IMG/VR virus record: IMGVR_UViG_3300012347_000249
DNA length: 64,000 nucleotides
Source: an uncultured virus (IMG/VR IMGVR_UViG_3300012347_000249)
Taxonomy: Duplodnaviria > Heunggongvirae > Uroviricota > Caudoviricetes
Direction: 5' to 3' (one strand)
The notes beneath the pieces are model-generated. The model was not told the origin of the DNA. It searched no databases and was given only the letters and a program-made list of their open reading frames with translations. Each line of letters starts with the position of its first letter. The first letter of the stretch is position 1. Below are positions 45,093 to 54,969 of the stretch, piece after piece. The position numbers and the translations under genes are program-made.

Positions 45093-47381
45093 ATGTTGAA
45101 AACTAACCCTGAAATCGATCACATCGTTGCAGAAGCAGTAGCCAAAGCAGCACATTTCAAACACAATTACGTGACCATCGAGCACGTAACACTGAGTCTA
45201 ATTCAGTATAAGCCATTCAACAACTTGCTCTATGATTTTGGCGTCGACACAGATGCAATGATTGCAGACCTCGAAAAGTACCTAACCAATCTTGATTTGG
45301 GTGCAGTTACTGGTGGTGAACCCAAAAAGACACATGCCCTTGAGCGTGTGTTCAACCGTGCAGCAACGCAAGTTCTGTTCAGTGCCCGTTCGCACATTCA
45401 AATTGTTGACTTGTTCTTGAGCATTCATGCAGAACACAACACCTATGCACACTATTACATGGTAAAGTATGGCATGGATCGTCAGAAACTTGTTGATTAC
45501 TACAACAAGAACTACACCGAAGAAGCAAATCAGAAAGACCTTAACAAAGGCAAAGTTGATGAGTTCCTGGAGCAGTATTGCACCAACCTCAACAAGCAGG
45601 CACGTGATCAGCAGATTGATCCAGTCATTGGCCGTGAGCACGAACTGGAAGAAATTGCAGAAACTCTTGCTAAACGTAACAAGAGCAACGTGCTGTTGAT
45701 TGGTGATCCTGGCGTGGGTAAAACTGCTATTGCAGAAGGCCTTGCACTCAACATCGTAGAAGGCAATGTGCCCGACTACCTCAAAGACTACACAGTCTAT
45801 AACTTGGACATTGGTAGCTTACTTGCTGGCTCTAAGTACCGCGGCGAGTTTGAAGAAAAGTTCCAGGACGTTATCAAAGGACTTAAGTCCAAAGGTAAGT
45901 GTGTGCTGTTTATTGACGAAGCACACCAAATGCGTGGTGCAGGTTCTGGTGCTAACAGCTCGGTGGACTTTGGTAACATGATTAAGCCTGCACTGACCAA
46001 GGGTCAAATCAAGGTTGTTGCATCCACTACGTGGGAAGAATACTCGCAGTCGTTTGAGAAGGATCGTGCATTGATGCGCCGTTTCCAACGCATTACAGTT
46101 GACGAGCCTACTCCGCAAGTGGCCAAAGACATCCTCAAAGGCCTCAAAGACAAGTTTGAGAAGTTCCACGAAGGCACTATTACTGACGATGCAATTGATG
46201 CAGCAGTGGATCTTAGTGTGCGTTATCAAGCAGACAAGAAACTGCCCGACAAAGCCATTGATTTGATTGACAGTGCATGTGCCCGTCTAAAAATTAAAAC
46301 AGTTGGCTTCAACGTTACACGTACACACATTGTGGACGCTATCAGCAAGTTCACTAAGATTCCCGTTGAACAAATTGGCAACAATGATACAAACGGTGCA
46401 ATCACCAATCTCGAAGGTAACATCAAAGGTAAACTGTATGGACAAGATGCAGCAGTTGACGATGTGCTGGAAAAGATCTATGTGGCACGAGCTGGCTTGA
46501 AAGCACTTAACAAGCCCATTGGTAACTTCTTGTTCCTTGGCCCAACTGGTACAGGTAAAACTGAACTGGCTAAGTTGCTGGCAGAGAACTTGGGCATGAA
46601 ACTGCTACGCTACGACATGAGCGAGTACCAAGAGAAGCATTCAGTTGCTAAACTGATTGGTGCGCCTCCTGGCTATGTGGGCTACGACGATGGCAACCTT
46701 GGCGGCGGTATGTTAATCAGTGACATTGAGAAGAATCCTAACAGTATCATCTTGATGGACGAGATTGAAAAGAGTCATCCTGATGTGTCTAACATCTTGT
46801 TGACCTTGATGGACGAGGGTATGATTACCAGCAGCAATGGCAAGAAAGCCGACTGCCGTAACTGTATCGTTATCCTTACCAGTAACTTGGGTTCAGCAGC
46901 AAACGAAGGCAACGCAATTGGCTTTGGTCGCAGCATGCAAAAGACTGGTGAAGATGACAAAGCAGTTAAAGACTTCTTCAAGCCAGAATTCCGCAATCGC
47001 TTAGACGGCATTGTTAAGTTCAACAAGCTGGATCAAATGAGCATGCGTAAGATTGTTACTAAGTTTGTTAAAGAAGTTAACGACTTGATGGTGGAACGCA
47101 AGATTACTATCCGTGTTAATGAGCCAGCAGTGGATCACTTGATTGCTACGGGCTTTGATGCTAAGATGGGCGCTCGTCCTCTACAACGCAAGATCAACGA
47201 ACTTATTAAAGTGCCGTTGAGTAAGAAAATTCTCTTCGAGAATATTCAACCAAATAGTCTCATTGTTATCGATTATGTTAACAACGAATTGACTTTTGAT
47301 GTCCAATCACAATTTGGCATCCTACCACAACCTATTGTTAATGATGACGGATTCATTGTACTGGACCCAATTAAATCCTAA
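45093..47381 (+). CDS. clpA: ATP-dependent Clp protease ATP-binding subunit ClpA
   Basis: Clp N domain; GDPGVGKT and GPTGTGKT Walker A motifs; KYRGEFEE; IGF loop; FKPEFRNRLD; MGARPL; no ClpB middle domain. Confidence 0.93.
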   Translation: MLKTNPEIDHIVAEAVAKAAHFKHNYVTIEHVTLSLIQYKPFNNLLYDFGVDTDAMIADLEKYLTNLDLGAVTGGEPKKTHALERVFNRAATQVLFSARSHIQIVDLFLSIHAEHNTYAHYYMVKYGMDRQKLVDYYNKNYTEEANQKDLNKGKVDEFLEQYCTNLNKQARDQQIDPVIGREHELEEIAETLAKRNKSNVLLIGDPGVGKTAIAEGLALNIVEGNVPDYLKDYTVYNLDIGSLLAGSKYRGEFEEKFQDVIKGLKSKGKCVLFIDEAHQMRGAGSGANSSVDFGNMIKPALTKGQIKVVASTTWEEYSQSFEKDRALMRRFQRITVDEPTPQVAKDILKGLKDKFEKFHEGTITDDAIDAAVDLSVRYQADKKLPDKAIDLIDSACARLKIKTVGFNVTRTHIVDAISKFTKIPVEQIGNNDTNGAITNLEGNIKGKLYGQDAAVDDVLEKIYVARAGLKALNKPIGNFLFLGPTGTGKTELAKLLAENLGMKLLRYDMSEYQEKHSVAKLIGAPPGYVGYDDGNLGGGMLISDIEKNPNSIILMDEIEKSHPDVSNILLTLMDEGMITSSNGKKADCRNCIVILTSNLGSAANEGNAIGFGRSMQKTGEDDKAVKDFFKPEFRNRLDGIVKFNKLDQMSMRKIVTKFVKEVNDLMVERKITIRVNEPAVDHLIATGFDAKMGARPLQRKINELIKVPLSKKILFENIQPNSLIVIDYVNNELTFDVQSQFGILPQPIVNDDGFIVLDPIKS

Positions 47382-48075
47382 CATCAACTTCGAGCCAACC
47401 CGCAAGCAGTTCTATAATCAGTATCTTTGTAAACTGGTTATAGACTGCCCATGCGGTCGCCTTATTAATGATGATCCTGTTGACTTAAAGTTTGCATTAC
47501 GCAGACGTGTTGAAGACTCAAGATGGCAGAATTATGGAGGCAGTTGGGCGTCTAGACACAATAAAGATCTAGACAGAGCCGACGTAGCATTGTTAGGTGC
47601 TCTAATAGATATTAAAAAAGAGTTTACTGAAGTTAAGTTTAGAGTTGAAGAACCATGGGTTCAAATATACGCAGCAACCGAAGATACACTAAAGGTAGTT
47701 GCAGAACGAATCCCTGTAGAATTTAGAACCTCTATAACACTAATACAACTACCTGAATCGGAAGAGCAGGCAGCACTACTTAAAGAAAACAAAATACTGT
47801 TAAGCCCAAAAAGCAAGGTCACTTTCAAATACAAAGTGTTCCTTAAGGACGGGAATTATGCAGTAGAAACCAAACGCCAAGTACTTGAATATCTGCGTAA
47901 TTTAGGACCAGATGCTCAAGTAAGTACTGGAACAGCAATGATGTTGTCTAAGCCCTACGAGTATACGTGGGGGTGTTTTGTATATGTAAACGATCCAAGC
48001 ATCTTAACCTTTTTGAACATCATTAGTCCAAACATGGTTTCACAAATTCATGAGCTGACCCACGTTAGCAAATAA
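47341..48075 (+). CDS. Hypothetical protein
   Basis: 244-aa ORF overlapping the clpA end. Confidence 0.75.
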   Translation: MMTDSLYWTQLNPNINFEPTRKQFYNQYLCKLVIDCPCGRLINDDPVDLKFALRRRVEDSRWQNYGGSWASRHNKDLDRADVALLGALIDIKKEFTEVKFRVEEPWVQIYAATEDTLKVVAERIPVEFRTSITLIQLPESEEQAALLKENKILLSPKSKVTFKYKVFLKDGNYAVETKRQVLEYLRNLGPDAQVSTGTAMMLSKPYEYTWGCFVYVNDPSILTFLNIISPNMVSQIHELTHVSK

Positions 48076-48102
48076 ATACTAGCATATATCAAGGAGCCTA
48101 TA

Positions 48103-48270
48103 ATGGCAAAAATTCAAGAACAAGTGATTGTAATCAGACTTAGCAAACTAGTTAAGGATAACGATGATCACTTTCCAGATCTAGCAACCGAAGAAGTTGT
48201 TGCTAGCTTAGAACAAGTAACACAAGAATTGGTTGCAGCCGGCGTAGTTGTCGAAGTTGCAGCTGGCTAA
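48103..48270 (+). CDS. 55-aa late protein (not in ORF track)
   Basis: TAAATA at 48073, AAGGAG RBS; MAKIQEQVIVIRLSKLVKD...VVVEVAAG*. Confidence 0.75.
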   Translation: MAKIQEQVIVIRLSKLVKDNDDHFPDLATEEVVASLEQVTQELVAAGVVVEVAAG

Positions 48271-48296
48271 TTAACTCTCAATTAAGAAAGACAAAC

Positions 48297-49184
48297 ATGG
48301 TAAAAAAAGTACCCGAATCATCTACCTCTGATAAATCAGTATCAGATGCGGTAGCTGCAATTAAAGCAGCAGCAGAAGCAGCACAGCAAACAGCAGCGCC
48401 ACAGCAACAACAAGGTGTTCCTTTTGACTTTAGCAAGTGTCATCTACACTTGGGCATCCCTTGTTACGGCGGAATGATGAGCGAGCCAACTGTTACTAGC
48501 TTGCTACGTTTTATTCTACTTGCACAGCAAGTTGGATTAAACTGGAGTCTTGACACAATGGTTAACGAGAGTTTGGTTACCCGTGCTCGCAACAACCTAA
48601 TGGCCAAGATGATGACTAATGCACAAGCAACACACTTTATGTTTATTGATGCAGACATCCGTTTTGAGCCAGATGCTATTCTTAAAATGATGGCATGTGA
48701 CAAAGACGTTATTGGCGGCTTGTATCCAAAGAAGGCCCTACCAGTTAACTACGTTATTAATCTGCAACCGCAAACCAAAGTTCAAGGTGACATCTTTACT
48801 GTTGACACAATGGGCACAGGCTTCTTGCTGTTCAAACGTCATGTATACGAAAAACTAATTGCTGCTCATCCAGAGTGCAAGTATGTTGACGATGTGGGCC
48901 TAGGTAAACAATACGAGCCAATGATGTACAGCATCTTTGATTGCAAGATCGACGAGCGTGGACACTATCTAAGCGAAGACTGGTTGTTCTGCCGTCGTTG
49001 GGCTGCATTGGGCGGCGAGATTTGGGCACACGGTAAAGTATTGCTGAACCACATTGGTCACTATGAATTTGCCGGTGACTTGAGCAAGATGCCACAGTTC
49101 GGACAACCTGTAACAGAACAAAATGCACAGATTCCCCAGGCACTGTCTGATGCTATGAAAATGGCAATTAAAAAGGAAGAGTAA
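48297..49184 (+). CDS. GT-A fold glycosyltransferase-like protein
   Basis: IPCYGG; ESLVTRARN; HFMFIDADI (DxD); GTGFLLFKR; YLSEDWLFCRRW. Confidence 0.85.
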   Translation: MVKKVPESSTSDKSVSDAVAAIKAAAEAAQQTAAPQQQQGVPFDFSKCHLHLGIPCYGGMMSEPTVTSLLRFILLAQQVGLNWSLDTMVNESLVTRARNNLMAKMMTNAQATHFMFIDADIRFEPDAILKMMACDKDVIGGLYPKKALPVNYVINLQPQTKVQGDIFTVDTMGTGFLLFKRHVYEKLIAAHPECKYVDDVGLGKQYEPMMYSIFDCKIDERGHYLSEDWLFCRRWAALGGEIWAHGKVLLNHIGHYEFAGDLSKMPQFGQPVTEQNAQIPQALSDAMKMAIKKEE

Positions 49185-49660
49185 TGGTTCAAGAGATTGA
49201 AAAAATCAAATTCCGCGTTGGACTAAGTGGGGCATACTGGGATAAAAAGCCAGAGTACAGCGTTGCCATTAACGGCAAAGAGTACCTGCGTGGCTTTATT
49301 ACCGCAGAGCCTGGCGTAACTGAAACGTTTGAATTTGTTGCAGATATTGCAGAAGGTTCGCATCGTTTAGAAATTGCTTTGCTAAACAAAGAAAACTCTG
49401 ATGTGGTTAAGAATACAGACAACTCTTCAGAGTTCTCTATTGTCAAGGACATGCTGCTAAACGTTGATACCATTGAAATTGATGATATTGACATTGGGCA
49501 TCTACGTTACACTGCAAGCAAATATGAGCTAGTTAAAAAGCAAATATTCAATGGCGAAATTGTATCTGAGCTAAAGAGCTGTGTAAATCTAGGATTTAAC
49601 GGTACATATGTCATGCAATTTGACAGCCCGTTCTATCTTTGGTTGCTGGAGAACTTGTAA
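49184..49660 (+). CDS. Hypothetical beta-rich protein
   Basis: WDKKPEYSV...FDSPFYLWLLENL; N-term resembles 53602-53871. Confidence 0.75.
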   Translation: MVQEIEKIKFRVGLSGAYWDKKPEYSVAINGKEYLRGFITAEPGVTETFEFVADIAEGSHRLEIALLNKENSDVVKNTDNSSEFSIVKDMLLNVDTIEIDDIDIGHLRYTASKYELVKKQIFNGEIVSELKSCVNLGFNGTYVMQFDSPFYLWLLENL

Positions 49661-49688
49661 GCTAAATATAGCAATAAACGGACAATTT

Positions 49689-51968
49689 ATGTTTATTGCA
49701 GAACTTTTTAACGGGGCACCGAAACATGTGCCCGCACCAGAACAAACATATGTTGAGGACTCAGGTCCTCAACTAGTTGTACTATATCCAGGGCGTTTTC
49801 AGCCCTTTCATCTTGGCCACAGTGATGTTTTTAACACTTTACAAAGCAAATTTGGCCGCGGCAATGTTTACATTTCTACCAGCAACAAAACAGAGGAGGG
49901 ACGCAGTCCGTTTAACTACTCTGACAAGTTGGTATTCATGACAGCAGCAGGTGTACCTGTTGATCGTGTTATTGAAAATACAAGCCCATACAAACTCCCC
50001 CCAAATTTTGATCCTGCAAACACTATCCTTGTGGTAGCAGTTGGTGCGCCGGATGCTGATCGTTTACGTCCAGGTTCTTATAAAAAGGACGGACAGCCGG
50101 GATATTATCAAAAGTTTGAAAGCGTTGAAAAATGCACTACAGCAGATAAACACGGTTACGTAATTGTTGCAGCAGAGCGTAAGAAGCTAGTCACCATTGG
50201 TGGCAAGCAATACGATGCTAGCCACGGAACTGAAGTACGCAATTTATGGAATGCTATCCGTAATAAGCCACAGCAACGTGCTGAGTTTATTGTTCAATTA
50301 TTTGGACGCAATGATCCAGAAGTTGGCCGCGTACTAGACAAGATTGACCTAAGTGAAGCAGCGGGAGAAGTAGCACTGCCAGTTGATTCTATCAGCCCAA
50401 TACATGGTGGTATCAATGAATCTGCAGATGATGCTTTTGCCCCATCAGACCGTGTGTTTAATCAGGTACAACAAGACCGCCATCCACTTAGCCAGTACTT
50501 AACCTTTGAAGATTACGACATGCTAATGGACGAGTTTGCGGATGCTCAGTCTGCTGTAAAGAATGATGCAGAACTAGATGCGTACCTTGAGAAGTTTGAG
50601 TCCGGGCTACAAAGCGCCGCTATTCCACAAGTGATTTTGGAAATTGTTGAAGAGTTTGTACACGGACGCCACGGCAAGTACGGCACTGAAGTTCCGCGTC
50701 GAAATCAAGTGCTACTAGATGATCTAAACAAAGCATTCAGTCAAATCTGGATGGATTTTAAACCAGATCGATTTGTTAGAACGTTAGTTCGTCATATGTC
50801 ATTGGCGTGCGTTGCTGCCATTCATGCAGAAGAGTCAGACGACGATTTGTACGAAGAAGATGACGACATGTTTGCTCCAAGCAAAGCACAGAAGATTTCG
50901 CAAGGACTGCGAAAGTTTGCAGAAGAACTTCAAGGCGAGATGAATGCTGCACATGCGAGTTGGCAGCAGGATAAGAGCTGGTATGGTGTAGAGCAAGAAA
51001 AGATAAAGTTTATATTGTTCCTTGCAGACAACTTTAACAATAGAAGTAAAGTTCCATACACACTAAACTACATTGCTCGAGTACTAAATGGCGATAGCAG
51101 CGTAGTTGAATACTACAAGAAGCATGCAATTTGGGATGCTGATGATTATCTCAAAGAAACTATGGGCCACGGCTTTGCTGAATTGTTTGATGAGTATGCC
51201 GGGCAGCTAGATGAAGAAGATGACATGTTTGCTGACAGTAAACGTGTAAAGGTTACTAAAGCTATCATTGATGACTTAGAATACATTGCTGATCAAATGA
51301 TATACGAGCCAGAAGCGTTTCTCGAGGGGCGTGGATGGGAAGACGCTGACATTAGCATTGATGAAGTACAAGAAGCTGGATCAGTGTTTGAGAACCTGGC
51401 CAATGAGTTTAAGACTAAGGGCTTAGACGGTGGACTTGCTCAACTATTCCATCTGTATCATCACACTCAAAATCAAGTTGCTGAATGGGTCACAGACGAA
51501 ACCATTGATGCTTTATCAAACGACTACGAAGTGGACATGTCTAGATTTAATCTTGAAGAAGAGGATGACATGTTCTCTGCCCCTGGCAAAGTAGCAACTT
51601 CGGTTAAACATAATGTTTCTAGAAAATTAGCAGTTGTTAATCAAGCTAACAGAGCAAAGGATCAAGAGCTACAAAAAATTGTAGAGATTGCCAAATCTGT
51701 TTACGGTAGACCATATAGTACCGGCACAATCGGTGGCGGAAAAGTATATCGACTAAGCATCCCGGCTAGATTAAATCATGACTATCGATATGTTAAGTTA
51801 GACAGCGTGTCGGCGGACGATAAGACCATACTAAATCAAGCCAAAGGTAAATTCTTTGATCTGTTAAAACAACAGGGATTAGACGCTAGTAGAGTTGACA
51901 TTAAGTATCACATTGGCTCGGGATTATATGTTAGTGTTCGTATTAAAATGAAATCGGAGGTGGCGTAA
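49689..51968 (+). CDS. Modular putative internal head polyprotein with N-terminal HxGH nucleotidyltransferase domain
   Basis: TAAATA at 49663; MFIAELF; YPGRFQPFHLGH; four DD(M/A)F linkers. Confidence 0.8.
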   Translation: MFIAELFNGAPKHVPAPEQTYVEDSGPQLVVLYPGRFQPFHLGHSDVFNTLQSKFGRGNVYISTSNKTEEGRSPFNYSDKLVFMTAAGVPVDRVIENTSPYKLPPNFDPANTILVVAVGAPDADRLRPGSYKKDGQPGYYQKFESVEKCTTADKHGYVIVAAERKKLVTIGGKQYDASHGTEVRNLWNAIRNKPQQRAEFIVQLFGRNDPEVGRVLDKIDLSEAAGEVALPVDSISPIHGGINESADDAFAPSDRVFNQVQQDRHPLSQYLTFEDYDMLMDEFADAQSAVKNDAELDAYLEKFESGLQSAAIPQVILEIVEEFVHGRHGKYGTEVPRRNQVLLDDLNKAFSQIWMDFKPDRFVRTLVRHMSLACVAAIHAEESDDDLYEEDDDMFAPSKAQKISQGLRKFAEELQGEMNAAHASWQQDKSWYGVEQEKIKFILFLADNFNNRSKVPYTLNYIARVLNGDSSVVEYYKKHAIWDADDYLKETMGHGFAELFDEYAGQLDEEDDMFADSKRVKVTKAIIDDLEYIADQMIYEPEAFLEGRGWEDADISIDEVQEAGSVFENLANEFKTKGLDGGLAQLFHLYHHTQNQVAEWVTDETIDALSNDYEVDMSRFNLEEEDDMFSAPGKVATSVKHNVSRKLAVVNQANRAKDQELQKIVEIAKSVYGRPYSTGTIGGGKVYRLSIPARLNHDYRYVKLDSVSADDKTILNQAKGKFFDLLKQQGLDASRVDIKYHIGSGLYVSVRIKMKSEVA

Positions 51969-53605
51969 TGTTTATTAACGAAATCTTCGAAAACGATAAC
52001 GACATGTTTGCTGACCGTTGGTACGACGATAGCAAAGTGCAGAAGATGATTCAGCAACATTTTACGCCTACCATTGGTACAACGCGGGCTTATGAGCTAG
52101 GTCTCGATTGGGTCAATCTAGTATCAGACCCGGACGCTGTTGGTAGAACTAAAATGTTGTCAATAAACAATGACTTTGCTGAAAAACATAATTTCCCATT
52201 TAGATTTAAAAACTTCAAATGGGACGGTAATGATGGTGAAGTTTACTGGGTGTTAACTGGCGGCATTCCGCCTCTAAAAGAAGAGGATGACATGTTTGCT
52301 CCGTCATGGAGAATGACAGTTATTCATATGTTACGCAAGATGCTTGAGTCTGCTGCACTTCAAAATAAATTCGAAATTGAAGCACATGACTTGGAAGATA
52401 TCCAACACTTGATCGCCGCATTACAAACTGGTAACATTGATAATGCCAAGAAAGTGTGGAGCAATTTTGATTTAGATGAATTAGACAATGTGCTGTACTT
52501 GTATGTTGTTAGGTCACACCCTAACATCGACTTATACCAGCTGTTGGGCAACGAGGAAGACTTTCTTGAAGAAGATGACGACATATTTGCTAGCCCATTC
52601 CGTGTAGTACGTGATGTTATGGAATGGCAACGCACAGCGTCTAGAAAGTTTGGCACACGTGGTATGCGTTCATTGAGATTGCCCAATACGATAGTATTCT
52701 ATGTAAAGCAAGAAGATGGGGCAGTTAAGGGTGCCTACTATAGCCCGCAACCTGCTAGCGACGATACCAACATCGGAACTTATAACAAGAACTTCAACGG
52801 CAACATTGAGCAATACATGAAGCAGGATCCGCACAATCCTCTAAACCAGTTGTCTGAAGAAGAGGATATGTTTGCCGGCACAACAGTAGGCACCGTAATG
52901 AAGTGGTATAACAAACTAGATGAGTTGTGTGATGAAACTGGTTGCAGTGCCGACGAAATGTTGAGATTTGATTCCGATACCTGGGCACACATATACGTCA
53001 ACGTAGAAGACGAGGGCTACCCTGCTAGTGTCGTTGGTATAGCAACAGAGCAAGAACGTAAACAAATTATCCAAGACATAAAAGGGTTTATCAGTGATAT
53101 CCAGCAAGCATCGGGTATTAAAGAATCCGACGATGATATGTTTACTACAGGCCCAACCCTATCACAAAAGCTAGGTGATGCACTGCTTAGATACGGCGAC
53201 GGTGTGTTAATGTATGCAGATGATCTTAAAGGCAGTGATGACCCAGACACTCGAGACTATGTGTCTGAGTTACTGTCAAAGGGTGCAGCTTTTGTACGTG
53301 CTGGTAAGGCATTTGACGCTAAAGGATTACAAGCTGGTATCATGGAATGGGTGTTAATTGATCGCGAGTACCGTGACGAATTCTACAACTATGTTAGAGA
53401 AGTCGAGGACTGGAATCCCGAAGAACTAATCAACGGGCATTTAGGACTAAATGAAGAGGCAGCAGGTGTGGGCGTTGTTAGCAACAGTAAAGATCCACGT
53501 TATGTAATGGCTACAATGGGCGATCAAAATGACGTTGATGCTAGCACATTACCTAAAATGATGAAAGCCTACAGTCTAATAGGCAAAAAGGCTAAGAAGC
53601 GATGA
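51968..53605 (+). CDS. Modular putative internal head polyprotein
   Basis: MFINEIFE; five DDMF-type linkers; LNEEAAGVG tail module. Confidence 0.8.
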   Translation: MFINEIFENDNDMFADRWYDDSKVQKMIQQHFTPTIGTTRAYELGLDWVNLVSDPDAVGRTKMLSINNDFAEKHNFPFRFKNFKWDGNDGEVYWVLTGGIPPLKEEDDMFAPSWRMTVIHMLRKMLESAALQNKFEIEAHDLEDIQHLIAALQTGNIDNAKKVWSNFDLDELDNVLYLYVVRSHPNIDLYQLLGNEEDFLEEDDDIFASPFRVVRDVMEWQRTASRKFGTRGMRSLRLPNTIVFYVKQEDGAVKGAYYSPQPASDDTNIGTYNKNFNGNIEQYMKQDPHNPLNQLSEEEDMFAGTTVGTVMKWYNKLDELCDETGCSADEMLRFDSDTWAHIYVNVEDEGYPASVVGIATEQERKQIIQDIKGFISDIQQASGIKESDDDMFTTGPTLSQKLGDALLRYGDGVLMYADDLKGSDDPDTRDYVSELLSKGAAFVRAGKAFDAKGLQAGIMEWVLIDREYRDEFYNYVREVEDWNPEELINGHLGLNEEAAGVGVVSNSKDPRYVMATMGDQNDVDASTLPKMMKAYSLIGKKAKKR

Positions 53606-53871
53606 ATCACACTTGCATAGACATTGATGTGTGGTGCAAGTGGAGTGATACACCACCTGTATATCGTGTTTATGTAGACGATGAGTTGCTCACTGAGCGT
53701 GACTTTATTTGGGAAACCACCCGCCATTACATCAAAGAGCACATTGAAGTATTCTTAGACGAAGGATGGCACGAGGTTAAAATTGTAAATTGCAGTGGAT
53801 CAACAGCAGAGTTTATAACGAATAACGTAGTAGTTAATGGACGGGCTTCTAGTGCCAAGTTTGTTATCTAA
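53602..53871 (+). CDS. Hypothetical beta-rich protein
   Basis: WSDTPPVYRVYVDDELLTERDFIW. Confidence 0.75.
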   Translation: MNHTCIDIDVWCKWSDTPPVYRVYVDDELLTERDFIWETTRHYIKEHIEVFLDEGWHEVKIVNCSGSTAEFITNNVVVNGRASSAKFVI

Positions 53872-53901
53872 CTAAATACACTATTATTCGGAAACTTTGA
53901 C

Positions 53902-54969
53902 ATGAAACCCACAGATTTTATCGTAGAAAGCATCGGCGAAGATGCAGATGCTATGCACAAAGATCATGAAGTGCAGCTAGCACGTCAAGACTGCTACAAT
54001 GCAGCAAAAAATGCAATTGAGTTGCACAAGTTACTATCATCAGTAAGTGAACAAGAAGGATTAGAAGGTTGGATTAGCGAAAAGATAACTCTAGCAGCCG
54101 ACTACCTAAACACAGTTAAAGAATACTACGAGTACCAGAGACGAACTGCTACTCATTTCATGCTGCCCGAGTTTACATTCGAGAGTGCAGAAGCACACAT
54201 GGATTCGTTGTTAGAAAACGATGACTTTGCACCAAGCAAACGTGCTGCCACTAATATAGCTGCAAGCGGCTGGAGACGAGGTGGAGAGCGTACAGGTAGT
54301 TTAAAGGGCTACGTAGAAACAACTTTTGATCACATTAAAAGTGTGTTTGGCGACCCAATAGATGGGCCAACCGACAAGCCATATGATAAAGTATCCTGCG
54401 AGTGGATCGTGACATTCAAAGATGGCACTGTAGCATCAATTTACGATTACAAAACCGGCAAAACCCCAATGAATCTATATCGTTGGCACATTGGCGGGAA
54501 TAATGCAAGAGCCGTTGAGTATGTAACTCACCTATTAGGCATTGAAGGCGAAGTATACGAAGGGCAAGAAGTATTTGAAAATGCTCCAGCATTGCTAAAA
54601 GCAGAAATGCCATTGGTTCGTGAAATTGAACAAAGCATGGCAGATAACGGATACCAAAAAGGCACAGAAGAATACACAAAAGTATTTGATCATATGTTGG
54701 CATTCCATCGCAAATTTGGTAACGCCAGCAGAATTAACCAACCGGACCCTGTTAATAAGTTTAACCACAATCCCGACGACAATTGGTCTGCAGACTTTGA
54801 GCGCCGTATGAAAGTTAGTGAAATGACCGCAGGTGGCACAGGTGCAGGCGGATTTGCAACAGGCCCTACTGCTGGTGGTACATTTAAAAAGACAACAGGT
54901 GTTCCTAAAAAAGTTAAAAATACTCTACGTAGAATATCACCTAAAATTGGCACAGGAATTTACAAATGA
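53902..54969 (+). CDS. Modular putative internal head protein
   Basis: TAAATA at 53873; MKPTDFIVE; LEGWISEKITLAADYL module; LLENDDFAP; VSEMTAGGTGAGG tail. Confidence 0.8.
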   Translation: MKPTDFIVESIGEDADAMHKDHEVQLARQDCYNAAKNAIELHKLLSSVSEQEGLEGWISEKITLAADYLNTVKEYYEYQRRTATHFMLPEFTFESAEAHMDSLLENDDFAPSKRAATNIAASGWRRGGERTGSLKGYVETTFDHIKSVFGDPIDGPTDKPYDKVSCEWIVTFKDGTVASIYDYKTGKTPMNLYRWHIGGNNARAVEYVTHLLGIEGEVYEGQEVFENAPALLKAEMPLVREIEQSMADNGYQKGTEEYTKVFDHMLAFHRKFGNASRINQPDPVNKFNHNPDDNWSADFERRMKVSEMTAGGTGAGGFATGPTAGGTFKKTTGVPKKVKNTLRRISPKIGTGIYK

